Assembly (NCBI RefSeq): GCF_000341895.1
Contig: NC_020409.1
Span: forward strand, 2,850,001-2,882,000
Origin: Pseudodesulfovibrio piezophilus C1TLV30
Lineage (GTDB): Bacteria; Desulfobacterota; Desulfovibrionia; Desulfovibrionales; Desulfovibrionaceae
Direction: 5' to 3'
DNA length: 32,000 nucleotides
Shown: piece by piece, positions 1-8,052 of the stretch
Layout: every line of letters begins with the position of its first letter
Numbering within the stretch: the stretch's first letter is position 1
Notes under the pieces: model-generated
What the model was told of the DNA's origin: nothing
Seen by the model: only the letters and a program-made list of their open reading frames with translations
Database searches by the model: none
Made by a program: the position numbers and the translations under genes

Positions 1-1028
1 AGGGCCAGGGCATCCATGACCATGCCGCCGATAACATAAATCAGGCAAATGATCAGGATAATGACCATGGGCGGTATGGGGAGGGCCGCCACAGCACTGG
101 CCGCCTCGAAGGGGAGTCTGGTAATGGCCAGAAAACGGCCGAAGATGACTGCGCCGAAAATGATGACCATGATCATGCATGAAATCTTGAGGGAATCGTT
201 TACCGCCAGCCAGAATTTCCTGAATGTCATCTTTCCGGAAAGAGTGGCAATGATGAGAGCGAGTGCTGCTCCGGCCGCTCCTGCTTCGGTGGGGGTGAAA
301 AATCCGAGAAACAGGCCTCCCATGACCAGAATGAACAGAATGATCATTTCGATGGAGCCGGGCAGAGAGGCCAGCTTTTCCTTGAATGTGGTCTTGGGAC
401 CGGCCGGCCCCCAATCCGGATGTTTGCGGCACAGGAACCAGACTGTTCCCATGAAGAGTGCTGTGAGGAGGACGCCCGGAACAATACTGCCCATGAAGAG
501 TTGGGCGATGGATTGGCTTGTCTGCAATCCGATGATGATCAAGACGACCGATGGGGGGATGATGACGCCCAGCGTTGCACCTGCTGCCACAGCGCCTGTG
601 GACAGGATGGAATTGTACTTGAATTTTTTCATCTCCGGCAGAGCCACGGTGGACATGGTTGCCGCTGTCGCGGAATTGGACCCGCATATGGCGGCGAACC
701 CGGCGCAGGCGAGAATGGTGGTCATGGCCAGTCCGCCCCTGATTTCTCCCATCCATGCATAGGCAGATTTGTAGAGCCGTTCATTGACCCCGGAGTGAAA
801 GCATATCTGGCCCATGAGGATGAAGAGTGGAATGACTGTCAGGCCGTATCGGGAAAAGACATTCCAGAGTTCTGTACCGAGCATGCCGGTGGCGGCATTC
901 CAGTTGAGAACAGAGGCAAATCCGCCGAATCCGATGATGGCCATGGCAAAGGCAACCGGGATTCTGAACAGAAAAATGACCGCAAGGAGGAGAAGAGTGC
1001 CGACGATTCCGGAGGTAATCGGGTCCAT
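1..1028 (-). CDS. dctM: TRAP transporter large permease subunit (DctM family), 5' part only; gene continues beyond the left window edge
   Basis: Absent from the ORF track because it is open at the window edge. Hand translation of the minus strand from ATG 1028-1026 gives MDPITSGIVGTLLLLAVIFLFRIPVAFAMAIIGFGGFASVLNWNAATGMLGTELWNVFSRYGLTVIPLFILMGQICFHSGVNERLYKSAYAWMGEIRGGLAMTT..., a polytopic DctM-type N-terminus. The start overlaps the dctQ stop (TAATG, 1030-1026). It follows dctP-dctQ in canonical order. Confidence 0.85.
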   Translation of the reverse strand, partial: MDPITSGIVGTLLLLAVIFLFRIPVAFAMAIIGFGGFASVLNWNAATGMLGTELWNVFSRYGLTVIPLFILMGQICFHSGVNERLYKSAYAWMGEIRGGLAMTTILACAGFAAICGSNSATAATMSTVALPEMKKFKYNSILSTGAVAAGATLGVIIPPSVVLIIIGLQTSQSIAQLFMGSIVPGVLLTALFMGTVWFLCRKHPDWGPAGPKTTFKEKLASLPGSIEMIILFILVMGGLFLGFFTPTEAGAAGAALALIIATLSGKMTFRKFWLAVNDSLKISCMIMVIIFGAVIFGRFLAITRLPFEAASAVAALPIPPMVIILIICLIYVIGGMVMDALA

Positions 1029-1516
1029 TACTGTACCTTCCGTGCTGTCAGGATTTTGAGAGTGTCCACACACAGAACGAATGACAGGGCGAAGCATCCG
1101 GTCGCAGTGGCAAAAACAAAAGGATGATAAATGATCTGGAGTGTCTCGGAGAGTTCTCCTGTTTGTACCAAAAATGCCGCCCATTTTGTGGTTTCTAGTC
1201 CACAAAAGATGAAGAAAAGGCAGGAAATGAGACTGGTTAGGGCGTCAGTCATGCGTTGGACAGCCTGGGGAAAGCGATTCAGGAGCAGGCCGACCGCAAT
1301 ATGTGATTTTTGTCGTTGGGAAAAGGCGAGTGAAAAGGCAGCGACAACAGCACCCATGAAGCCCATGAGTTCAAATGTCCCTTGAATAGGTGCCCACATT
1401 GCACGAAAGACCATGTTGGCACATGCCAGAAGCATCATGCATACGAGGAAAACGCCTGCGAGAAAAGTCAGAGCCTTGGCAAGACACTCGCTCAGCCGGT
1501 CAAGTCTGTCTATCAT
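1028..1516 (-). CDS. dctQ: TRAP transporter small permease subunit (DctQ family)
   Basis: 162-aa ORF with about four hydrophobic helices (FLAGVFLVCMMLLACANMVF, MGFMGAVVAAFSLAF, LISCLFFIFCGL, ATATGCFALSFVLCV). Size and position between the binding protein and the large permease fit DctQ. Its stop is coupled to the dctM start. Confidence 0.8.
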   Translation of the reverse strand: MIDRLDRLSECLAKALTFLAGVFLVCMMLLACANMVFRAMWAPIQGTFELMGFMGAVVAAFSLAFSQRQKSHIAVGLLLNRFPQAVQRMTDALTSLISCLFFIFCGLETTKWAAFLVQTGELSETLQIIYHPFVFATATGCFALSFVLCVDTLKILTARKVQ

Positions 1517-1564
1517 GATATGAAGAAACGCCCCCCAGCAAGTGAGGGGCCTTGGATTGAATGG

Positions 1565-2581
1565 TTATTTGCCGATTTCGGCTTCATGCTTGGCCTTCAT
1601 CGCCAGCATGTCAGCCAGAATGGTTTCGGCATCAAGTCCAGCCTTGGCAGCAGCGGTTTTCCATGACTCGACAAGCCCGGCACTTTTGGTCTTGATTTCA
1701 TCGTGTTCAGCATCGGTGAGCGTGAAGACTTCAACCTGATACTTTTGTTTGCCCCATGCCAGGGCTTCGTTTGTATAGTTGTCCAGGTAGTGTCCGGTCC
1801 ATTGCGCCTGTTCCCGCCCCATATCGTCGAGAACCTTTTTGACATCAGTCGGGAGGGTTTCCCACCGGGCTTTGTTCATGATGATGGCAAAAGGATAGAC
1901 GGGCAGGTTGGTTATGGTTTCAAATCGGCAGGTTTCGGCAAAATTCATGTCCTTGAGAACATCGAACGAGGAAACCAATCCCTTGACCACGCCTTTTTGC
2001 AATGCTTCGGGTGTTTGGGACATCGGCATACCAACGCCCTGCGCGTCAAGTCCCCCAAGAATTTTGAGGATCGATCCCGAGGCGCGGAGTTCCACGCCCT
2101 TGAGGTCCGAAAGTTGCTTGATGGCGATCTTGCTCATGACTTGCGACGGAGCCGAAGTGAACATGGTCAGCACCTTGACATCGTCGAATTCGCTTGGCTG
2201 GTATTTGGTAAAAAGATCCCACATGGTCAGACTGGCGACTTCCGTAGAGGTAAAGGCCACAGGCAGATTGACTGCGGACATGGCCGGGAAGACTCCGGGA
2301 TAGTATGGAAGGCTGATACAGCCGATGTCCGCCTGACCGGTCTGGACTCCGCGCAGCATATTCTTGGGGCCAAGCAACGTGGAGCCGGGGAATGTCTGGA
2401 CAGAGATTTTTCCTTCCGTACGCTTCTCCACCTCGGCCTTCCAGTGTTCCATTTGAACACAGGGGAATGTTTGAGCAGGGGGGAAATTCGCATACGTCAA
2501 GGTGGTTCCGGCCAGGGCGGCAGAGACCAGTAAGGCTGTGGTCGTCATGGTCCAGACGATCACGGTCATAAGTTTCTTCAT
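1565..2581 (-). CDS. dctP: TRAP transporter periplasmic solute-binding protein (DctP family), substrate unknown
   Basis: 338-aa ORF with signal peptide MKKLMTVIVWTMTTTALLVSAALAG. Length and overall sequence character fit a DctP-type binding protein. It is the first gene of a P-Q-M operon. Confidence 0.85.
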   Translation of the reverse strand: MKKLMTVIVWTMTTTALLVSAALAGTTLTYANFPPAQTFPCVQMEHWKAEVEKRTEGKISVQTFPGSTLLGPKNMLRGVQTGQADIGCISLPYYPGVFPAMSAVNLPVAFTSTEVASLTMWDLFTKYQPSEFDDVKVLTMFTSAPSQVMSKIAIKQLSDLKGVELRASGSILKILGGLDAQGVGMPMSQTPEALQKGVVKGLVSSFDVLKDMNFAETCRFETITNLPVYPFAIIMNKARWETLPTDVKKVLDDMGREQAQWTGHYLDNYTNEALAWGKQKYQVEVFTLTDAEHDEIKTKSAGLVESWKTAAAKAGLDAETILADMLAMKAKHEAEIGK

Positions 2582-2610
2582 CGGATTCTCTCTCTTTTCT
2601 ATGATGAATC

Positions 2611-2642
2611 AAAAAGACGGGCGGCCTCTCCAACCGCCCGTC
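2611..2642 (-). terminator. Rho-independent terminator of the FG-GAP protein gene
   Basis: A 9-bp GC-rich stem GACGGGCGG (2616-2624) / CCGCCCGTC (2634-2642) with a 9-nt loop. On the minus strand it is followed by a TTTTT run (A-run 2611-2615 on plus). It lies 5 nt after the stop at 2647. Confidence 0.65.
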
Positions 2643-2646
2643 AGGA

Positions 2647-4314
2647 TTATTGTGCGTTCAGATCGTATGCGAGGACGACGGTCTTCCGTTTGGTAAAGCC
2701 CATGGAGCCGGGGAATGTATTGACGAGCACGCAGAGTTGTTTCTTGCCGTCATTGTTCAGGTCGGCCAGAGCTATATCGGAAACCTGCCCCCTGATGCGG
2801 CGGGTTTTCCATGCCAGGTTCATGCCTACACCATCCCAGGCCAGGGAGTGAATTTCACCCTGGGAGAAGTACTTGAAGCGTTCGAAAACCTGAGAGGCGA
2901 TGGACAGGTCCTTGTTTACCAGCAATTCGTATTTGTCCTTGGAGCTTAATCTTGCTGCTATCATGCGGATGGGAACATTATAGACGCTGACTTTTTCATC
3001 AACGGTTCCCGGTCCCATGCCCTGCTGCTTGTCACTGACCTCCAGACCAACGCCTGAACTGTTGTATGTGGCGTCGTCACTGGATGACAACCGTTCCATG
3101 GACTGGCTGTAGACCTTGAGTCTGTTGAAGTCGTCAAGAACAAGATATTTGTAGCCCAGCCCGTCAGGCAGGTAGAGCATGTTGAAGATGTTGCCGAATT
3201 CCGGGGTACTGATGGTTTCTCCCTCAACAAGTTCGCCGTTCTTGTAATAGGCTTCGTAGATTTTTCCTGCGAAGATATGTCTGCGGCCGATGCGCTGGAT
3301 CACCAAGGAAGGCTTGAAGAAAGGAGGCATGCGCAAGACGCCGAGGAATTGCTTGTAGTTTTTCAGCAAATATTTGAATTTTCCGTTTTCGAATGACAAA
3401 ATGTGGGATCGGGGCGTGCCTTCAGGAGCCTTGAGCGTAGAACGGTAGTATGCTTGATAGGATGCGACAACCAGTTCCGGGATTCCATCTTTGGTAACAT
3501 CCACGGCTTCAAGTCGCATGTAGGTGGTGCTGGGAGTCATTTCCATGGTATCCAGAAATTCCAGCTTTCCCTTATTGAAACGGTAGGCGGAAATACCCTT
3601 GGCCTGGAGAATGAATATTTCATTCTTGCCGTCATTATCGGCATCGGCCACCACCATGCTGGTGGAAAAGAAGCGGAATGTCTGGCTGCGCCAACGGCCT
3701 TGGTTTTCCGTGCCGCCTTCGTAGCGGAATTGCGGGTTCAGGGTGTCGGCATGAAATTCGTCGTTGTCAGCCTGAACGATTGAGGAATTGAGGGGGCTGC
3801 GAATCTGGTCTTCAATATCCGATCCTTTGCTTGCTTCTTCTGTCGTACTGTAACCGGGACGGTTAAACACGTCTCCCATGATGGCCTTGCTTTGTTCATC
3901 AAGCCATGGGGTAATTTCATCTATTCCCATCTGGCCTGATTTTTCCCATGTCTTTCCGTCACGGGTTGTGGCCGCCATATTCAAAGTGGCTTCTTTGCCA
4001 AGGATCGAAATAGTACCGCTGATGAGGTAATCCAGCTCGGAGCTGCGAAGAATGGAGATGGCTTCCGCTTTACCGGAAGGGACTTTGAGTCCCTGAACAA
4101 GTGCATCACCAGCCGGTTCGGCATATCCCGCCCATTCCAGATCATTATTGAGGCTGGCCTGAAAAGCCTTCGGGAAGTATGAGTATTTTTTTGGTCCGTT
4201 GTAGGTAAAGGGCATCACAGCATATTTTTTAGCCTGCTGGGCCATGGCCGGACCGGCCAACAACACAACAGCCAGCAAGGCGGTCATGGTGACGGCAAGA
4301 CGTCGATTCAACAT
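2647..4314 (-). CDS. Secreted FG-GAP/VCBS-repeat beta-propeller protein with an N-terminal alpha/beta domain; function unknown
   Basis: ORF track gives 2647..4326, but its first codon is TTG. GGAGGA sits 4 nt upstream of ATG 4314, giving MLNRRLAVTMTALLAVVLLAGPAMA|QQ, a signal peptide. Calcium-type FG-GAP/VCBS loops are repeated: ADADNDGKNEIF, DVTKDGIPELVV, DLNNDGKKQLCV. Confidence 0.8.
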   Translation of the reverse strand: MLNRRLAVTMTALLAVVLLAGPAMAQQAKKYAVMPFTYNGPKKYSYFPKAFQASLNNDLEWAGYAEPAGDALVQGLKVPSGKAEAISILRSSELDYLISGTISILGKEATLNMAATTRDGKTWEKSGQMGIDEITPWLDEQSKAIMGDVFNRPGYSTTEEASKGSDIEDQIRSPLNSSIVQADNDEFHADTLNPQFRYEGGTENQGRWRSQTFRFFSTSMVVADADNDGKNEIFILQAKGISAYRFNKGKLEFLDTMEMTPSTTYMRLEAVDVTKDGIPELVVASYQAYYRSTLKAPEGTPRSHILSFENGKFKYLLKNYKQFLGVLRMPPFFKPSLVIQRIGRRHIFAGKIYEAYYKNGELVEGETISTPEFGNIFNMLYLPDGLGYKYLVLDDFNRLKVYSQSMERLSSSDDATYNSSGVGLEVSDKQQGMGPGTVDEKVSVYNVPIRMIAARLSSKDKYELLVNKDLSIASQVFERFKYFSQGEIHSLAWDGVGMNLAWKTRRIRGQVSDIALADLNNDGKKQLCVLVNTFPGSMGFTKRKTVVLAYDLNAQ

Positions 4315-4462
4315 GTATTCCTCCAAAAAGGGGTGTTTTCAGGGTAAGCGTCGCGGGAAAATTCTGTACCACGCGGCAAAGTCTTGTAACAGTTTCCTCA
4401 CCGGGATGCAAAGACAGTTAAGCTGTTGCCTCCTTGGAGGCAAGGCTGTATTGGAGTTTCCT

Positions 4463-5740
4463 ATGAGTAATGAATACAGAACATTTCGACTTGTCTGTAC
4501 GGAAGAAGAGGTTCCTGTTGTCGAGGCCCTTCTTCATGCACAGGGATTTCGTTTCGAGCCGGAACCTTTTTATGCCATGGCCCGAAAATTGACGCATGAA
4601 CCCTTCCCTTTGGGTGAAAGCCTGGCCTCCCGGTTCGGTCGTATATACATACAAGATAGATCGTCCATGCTTCCGCCGCTCCTGCTCGCACCGCCTAACG
4701 GGGCTTCCGTGCTTGATATGTGCTCCGCTCCCGGCAGCAAGACGAGCCTGTTGTCAAAATTGGTTGGCAGGGAGGGATTTGTTTTTGCATCAGAGCCGTC
4801 GGCAGACCGTCTCGGAACACTGCGGGCCAATTTGAGGCGGACATCATCCGTCAATTCGGCAACAGCCAAATCAAAGGCGCAGGATCTGCCTTTCCCCGAT
4901 AATTCATGGGATTATATCCAGCTTGATCCGCCATGTAGTGGTTGGGGGACAGTCGACAAGAATCCTAAAGTCATGGAGCTGTGGTCAGAATCAAAAACAG
5001 CCCCTCTTATCGGGTTGCAGAAGACTCTTTTGGAAAAGGCCTCGGCCATGCTCAAGCCCGGTGGCACAGTTCTGTTCTCGACCTGTACGACAAATAAAGA
5101 AGAGAACGAGGAACAGGTGGCATGGGCCATTGATGCACTTGGTTTGGAGCTTGAGGCTCTTGAGCCGCCTCAGGGATTTGTCTTCGGCACACCCCAACTT
5201 CCCGGCATGGACGGAGTGCTCCGGGTCTCTGAAGACTCGGCAGGTCAGGGGTTCTTTTTGGCTCGGTTTCGCAAGCCTGGAGCCTCTTCAGAGGAAGAGG
5301 TGACTCTCGCGCCAGCGAAAGATCTTCCTGGGAAGCGGGTGGATTTGTCGCGTCTCAAAGGGGGGCGCTCCATGTCGCTGATCTCATTGCCCCCAGGTGA
5401 AACATTTGATTTCGGTGGGAAGGTTTATTTTCTGCATCAGGAGGCGCTCCGAAGGGTTCCCTCGTCACTTCGTTGGCAAGGGGCATTGCTCGGGAAGGTG
5501 TCCGGTCGTGGAGAGGGTGCGAAATTCCGACCGGATGGAATGGCCAAAGTGCTTTTACCGAAAGGAGGGGAGAGTGTGGATATCTTGAATGTGGAAGAAC
5601 CTCAGCCTATTGAGCAGTTGTTGACCGGACAAAGTCTTCCTTCCCCGGTAGGAAAGGCGAGCGTCGGCCTGTTTTTTCGAGGACTTTCTCTTGGTTGGCT
5701 TTCCCGAAAGGGGAGCAGGGTTATTCTCACTTCGAAATAG
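4463..5740 (+). CDS. RsmB/RsmF (NOL1/NOP2/Sun) family RNA cytosine-C5 methyltransferase
   Basis: ORF 4244..5740 trimmed to ATG 4463 (MSNEYRTFRL...), because the upstream extension overlaps the divergent gene. Motifs seen: DMCSAPGSKT (SAM motif I), DPPCSGWG (motif IV Cys), FSTCT (motif VI Cys). Confidence 0.85.
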   Translation: MSNEYRTFRLVCTEEEVPVVEALLHAQGFRFEPEPFYAMARKLTHEPFPLGESLASRFGRIYIQDRSSMLPPLLLAPPNGASVLDMCSAPGSKTSLLSKLVGREGFVFASEPSADRLGTLRANLRRTSSVNSATAKSKAQDLPFPDNSWDYIQLDPPCSGWGTVDKNPKVMELWSESKTAPLIGLQKTLLEKASAMLKPGGTVLFSTCTTNKEENEEQVAWAIDALGLELEALEPPQGFVFGTPQLPGMDGVLRVSEDSAGQGFFLARFRKPGASSEEEVTLAPAKDLPGKRVDLSRLKGGRSMSLISLPPGETFDFGGKVYFLHQEALRRVPSSLRWQGALLGKVSGRGEGAKFRPDGMAKVLLPKGGESVDILNVEEPQPIEQLLTGQSLPSPVGKASVGLFFRGLSLGWLSRKGSRVILTSK

Positions 5741-5790
5741 GTGTTATAAAACAGTATCTTGTGTGTGTTGAAAAATGTTAAGAAAAACCG

Positions 5791-5819
5791 TTGACAAAAG
5801 AAGAGACTGTGGGCAGTAT
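5791..5819 (+). promoter_or_regulatory. Candidate sigma70-type promoter P1 upstream of the tRNA operon
   Basis: Perfect -35 TTGACA (5791-5796), a 17-nt spacer, then CAGTAT (5814-5819). Confidence 0.35.
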
Positions 5820-5881
5820 CCCCTTCGCTGAACGCGGATGAGTTCCCCAGCAAATGGTTTGACTCCCCTGAAAAAAGAGGG

Positions 5882-5910
5882 TTGACAGAGTTGAACAGCC
5901 GGGATAAACA
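5882..5910 (+). promoter_or_regulatory. Candidate sigma70-type promoter P2 just upstream of tRNA-Val
   Basis: Second perfect TTGACA (5882-5887). The -10 is either GATAAA (5903-5908, 15-nt spacer) or TAAACA (5905-5910, 17-nt spacer). Transcription would start a few nt before the tRNA 5' end at 5923. Confidence 0.35.
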
Positions 5911-5922
5911 CACTCTTCCTGC

Positions 5923-5998
5923 GGGCGCGTAGCTCAGCTGGGAGAGCATCGGCCTTACAAGCCGAGGGTCACAGGTTCGAGCCCTGTCGCGCCTACCA
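5923..5998 (+). tRNA. tRNA-Val (anticodon TAC)
   Basis: Hand-folded cloverleaf. Acceptor GGGCGCG/CGCGCCT (G1-U72), D stem GCTC/GAGC, anticodon stem TCGGC/GCCGA with loop CTTACAA, T stem ACAGG/CCTGT with TTCGAGC loop, discriminator A, encoded CCA. Confidence 0.95.
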
Positions 5999-6041
5999 TA
6001 TTTGAAATAGAGCGTTTTAAAACGCTGTATTATACCAGTGC

Positions 6042-6118
<77 letters not shown>

Positions 6119-6127
6119 CTAAAGATC

Positions 6128-6165
6128 AAGGACATCAACTATTTAAGTTGGTGTCCTTTTTCTTT
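6128..6165 (+). terminator. Rho-independent terminator of the tRNA-Val/tRNA-Asp operon
   Basis: A 13-bp stem AAGGACATCAACT (6128-6140) / AGTTGGTGTCCTT (6146-6158, one G-U pair), loop ATTTA, then TTTCTTT. Confidence 0.8.
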
Positions 6166-6216
6166 GGATTATGTGTGGTCAAGGCGTGTGTAAAAAAATG
6201 TGTAAAAGGCACTTCA

Positions 6217-6256
6217 AAAGCCCCTGAAATTGAGTTTTCAGGGGCTTTCTTTTTTA
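6217..6256 (+). terminator. Second strong Rho-independent terminator
   Basis: Stem AAAGCCCCTGAAA (6217-6229) / TTTCAGGGGCTTT (6236-6248), loop TTGAGT, followed by CTTTTTTATTT. It lies inside the spurious N-terminal extension of ORF 6148..8052. Confidence 0.8.
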
Positions 6257-6480
6257 TTTCATCTATCATTTCAGGTGGATTCAGGCCTGTTTTCAAAACC
6301 TGTCAGGCACTATTTGCGGAAATCACCTTGTATTTGGCCGTCCCTGGCGTGCTTTTGACCGACATCGGACTGTATTTCACCGACACGCTGCGCGCATACC
6401 GCCATTTTCTTCAAAACCCCATGCTACGCTCTTCGCAAATACATGAAGGGCCGTCTGCTCAGTGGTCCGAAGGAGACTAT

Positions 6481-8052
6481 ATGAGCGTATATGAAGTGAA
6501 GTTGAAGCACGACCAGAGTGGTCGCATTGCGGAGAAAACAGAAACCGTCAAGGGCAAGTCCATCAAGTGGACCTACTCCTATGACAAAAAGGGCTGCCTG
6601 TTCGAGGCGCACCTGGACAACCGACTGGTCTGCCAGTGTCATTACGATAGGGACGGCAGGCGACAGCAGGATTACTTCCCCAGGACGCACGGAAGTCAGT
6701 TGCGGAACTACCACTACCGTATGGACAACCGACTGCAACAGGCCGGAAACAACGGCTACACCCATGACAAGCAGGGATTCAGGTCCATTTGGAATCATGA
6801 AGGCAAATACACGTTGTACAAGTATGCGCCGGATTACCGTCTGCTCAAAGTCGAGATACCGGACGACAAGGTCATATTCGAGTTTGCTCATGATGAAGAC
6901 GGCCAGCGTGAGTACAAGTATCGCAACGGCGAGGTTGTCGAGGCATACAAGTGGCTTGATTTCGTCCGGCTGGCTGGATTTCATGACGGCGAAGCTGGAT
7001 ATCGCTTCGCCTACGATGGTGATGAACGAACTCCCTATGCCATGCAGCGTGAGGACGGAGTCGTAGCCTACCTGTACTATGACCAGGTCGGCTCCCTGCG
7101 AGTGGTTGCCGACAAGTTAGGCAACGTGATAAAGGAGGTTCTGTATGATCCCTTCGGTGGCATCATCGAAGACTCCAATCCCGACTTGCGAATCCCCATC
7201 GGGTTTGCTGGTGGATTGCATGACCGAGACCTCGGCTTTGTCCGTTTCGGTTGGCGGGATTACGATACCTTTACCAGCCGTTGGACCGCTCCCGATCCCA
7301 TGGGGGATGCTGGTGGCGATGACGATTGGTATGGATACTGTCTTGATGATCCCGTAAACGGCAACGATCCACTTGGTCTGTTTTTGAATTGGTTGATTCA
7401 GCAAGGAACCAAGAAGGTACACAAGGTCATTAACCCCATGTCGCCTGAAAGGATCATCAAGGAAGAAGCAGATAAGGAAATCTCCCGCCTTGAAGAATAC
7501 GGAGATGACAATGCAACTGCTAAGCATCAGATTGAAAAGATGAAGCGGCTGAAAAAGAAAATGAACGAGGAAGGCCTGCCTTCAACATACGACTCCATTA
7601 AGAAGACTCTCAGGCTGAAACGTATATGGCCTACAACGAAGAGCCAATCAACGAGGACTACGGACGATGAAGAATGCACACCAGATCATAGGGGCAGGAA
7701 TTGTTTTCGGACTTGTATCACTGTGGTTTGGACTGACATCTGGAATCATTGCTGGCCTTGTTGTGTATTTGGGCCTGAGGGCTGCCACGAAGCAGGTCAA
7801 AACAGACTAGAAAAGGCCAACTGCCCATGTCGAGCAGTTGGCCGGAAAGGGTGCTCCCAACCATCTCGCTCCACCCCCGGACGATCGGATTTGCCGTGCG
7901 CGGCCATAAAAGATGAAAAAGGAGGAAAACGGATTCCGGTCCATCTGGTCGAACGGCGACATGTACCACCTGTACGAGTACGCGCCGGACTGCCGGCTGC
8001 TCAAAATGGAAGTGGAGAATCAAAATCGCGTCTTTACCTTTTGCCACGATGA
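6481..8052 (+). CDS. Short Rhs/YD-repeat core protein with a C-terminal variable (toxin-like) tip; the 3' end is uncertain and the credible coding part probably stops near 7670 after a frame change
   Basis: AAGGAG (6470-6475) lies 5 nt before ATG 6481 (MSVYEVKLKH...). YD repeats: YSYDKKG, HYDRDG, YTHDKQG, FAHDEDG, FAYDGDE, YYDQVGSLRVV. Core terminus: FGWRDYDTFTSRWTAPDP...WYGYCLDDPVNGNDPLGL (DPLGL = 7366..7380). The tip is FLNWLIQQGTKKVHKV...KMKRLKKKMNEEGLPSTYDSIKK. Beyond about 7600 the open frame becomes Cys/Arg/Trp-rich and runs through another conserved gene. Confidence 0.75.
   Translation: MSVYEVKLKHDQSGRIAEKTETVKGKSIKWTYSYDKKGCLFEAHLDNRLVCQCHYDRDGRRQQDYFPRTHGSQLRNYHYRMDNRLQQAGNNGYTHDKQGFRSIWNHEGKYTLYKYAPDYRLLKVEIPDDKVIFEFAHDEDGQREYKYRNGEVVEAYKWLDFVRLAGFHDGEAGYRFAYDGDERTPYAMQREDGVVAYLYYDQVGSLRVVADKLGNVIKEVLYDPFGGIIEDSNPDLRIPIGFAGGLHDRDLGFVRFGWRDYDTFTSRWTAPDPMGDAGGDDDWYGYCLDDPVNGNDPLGLFLNWLIQQGTKKVHKVINPMSPERIIKEEADKEISRLEEYGDDNATAKHQIEKMKRLKKKMNEEGLPSTYDSIKKTLRLKRIWPTTKSQSTRTTDDEECTPDHRGRNCFRTCITVVWTDIWNHCWPCCVFGPEGCHEAGQNRLEKANCPCRAVGRKGCSQPSRSTPGRSDLPCAAIKDEKGGKRIPVHLVERRHVPPVRVRAGLPAAQNGSGESKSRLYLLPR
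7667..7810 (+). CDS. 47-aa hydrophobic small protein, copy A (candidate immunity or accessory membrane protein)
   Basis: Hand-found; too short for the ORF track. Sequence: MKNAHQIIGAGIVFGLVSLWFGLTSGIIAGLVVYLGLRAATKQVKTD. A paralogue at 10011..10154 differs at 18 sense codons, 9 synonymous and 9 conservative aliphatic swaps. The ATG overlaps a TGA (ATGA, 7667-7670) that closes the alternative frame of the Rhs tip. Confidence 0.8.
   Translation: MKNAHQIIGAGIVFGLVSLWFGLTSGIIAGLVVYLGLRAATKQVKTD
7815..7843 (+). other. Stem-loop after small ORF copy A
   Basis: A 9-bp stem GGCCAACTG (7815-7823) / CAGTTGGCC (7835-7843) with an 11-nt loop. No U-run follows, so its role as a terminator is uncertain. 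Confidence 0.4.
7841..7929 (+). repeat. Cassette leader repeat, copy 1 (89 bp, includes the start codon and first codons of the downstream ORF)
   Basis: Aligns without gaps to 9545..9633, with 78 of 89 positions identical by hand count: GCCGGAAAGGGTGCTCCCAACCATCTCGCTCCACCCCCGGACGATCGGATTTGCCGTGCGCGGCCATAAAAGATGAAAAAGGAGGAAAA. Confidence 0.85.

Noticed and set aside
49-1127. Plus-strand ORFs 49..762, 420..1127 and 814..1059.
   Set aside because: They are antisense shadows of the dctM gene. Their products are Met/Arg/Ala-rich with low complexity, whereas the minus strand gives a clean DctM-type permease sequence.
1597-2633. ORFs 1703..2533 (+), 1908..2303 (+), 2046..2633 (-), 2227..2493 (-) and 1597..1845 (-).
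   Set aside because: All overlap the well-supported dctP frame. None shows a recognisable protein character.
4244-4462. N-terminal 73-codon extension of the RsmB/F-like ORF.
   Set aside because: It overlaps the 5' end and promoter region of the divergent FG-GAP gene. Conserved methyltransferase-like sequence begins only at ATG 4463.
6148-6480. N-terminal 111-codon extension of the Rhs ORF.
   Set aside because: It crosses a strong intrinsic terminator (6217..6256). ATG 6481 has a near-perfect SD, and the extension is low-complexity and Phe/Cys-rich.
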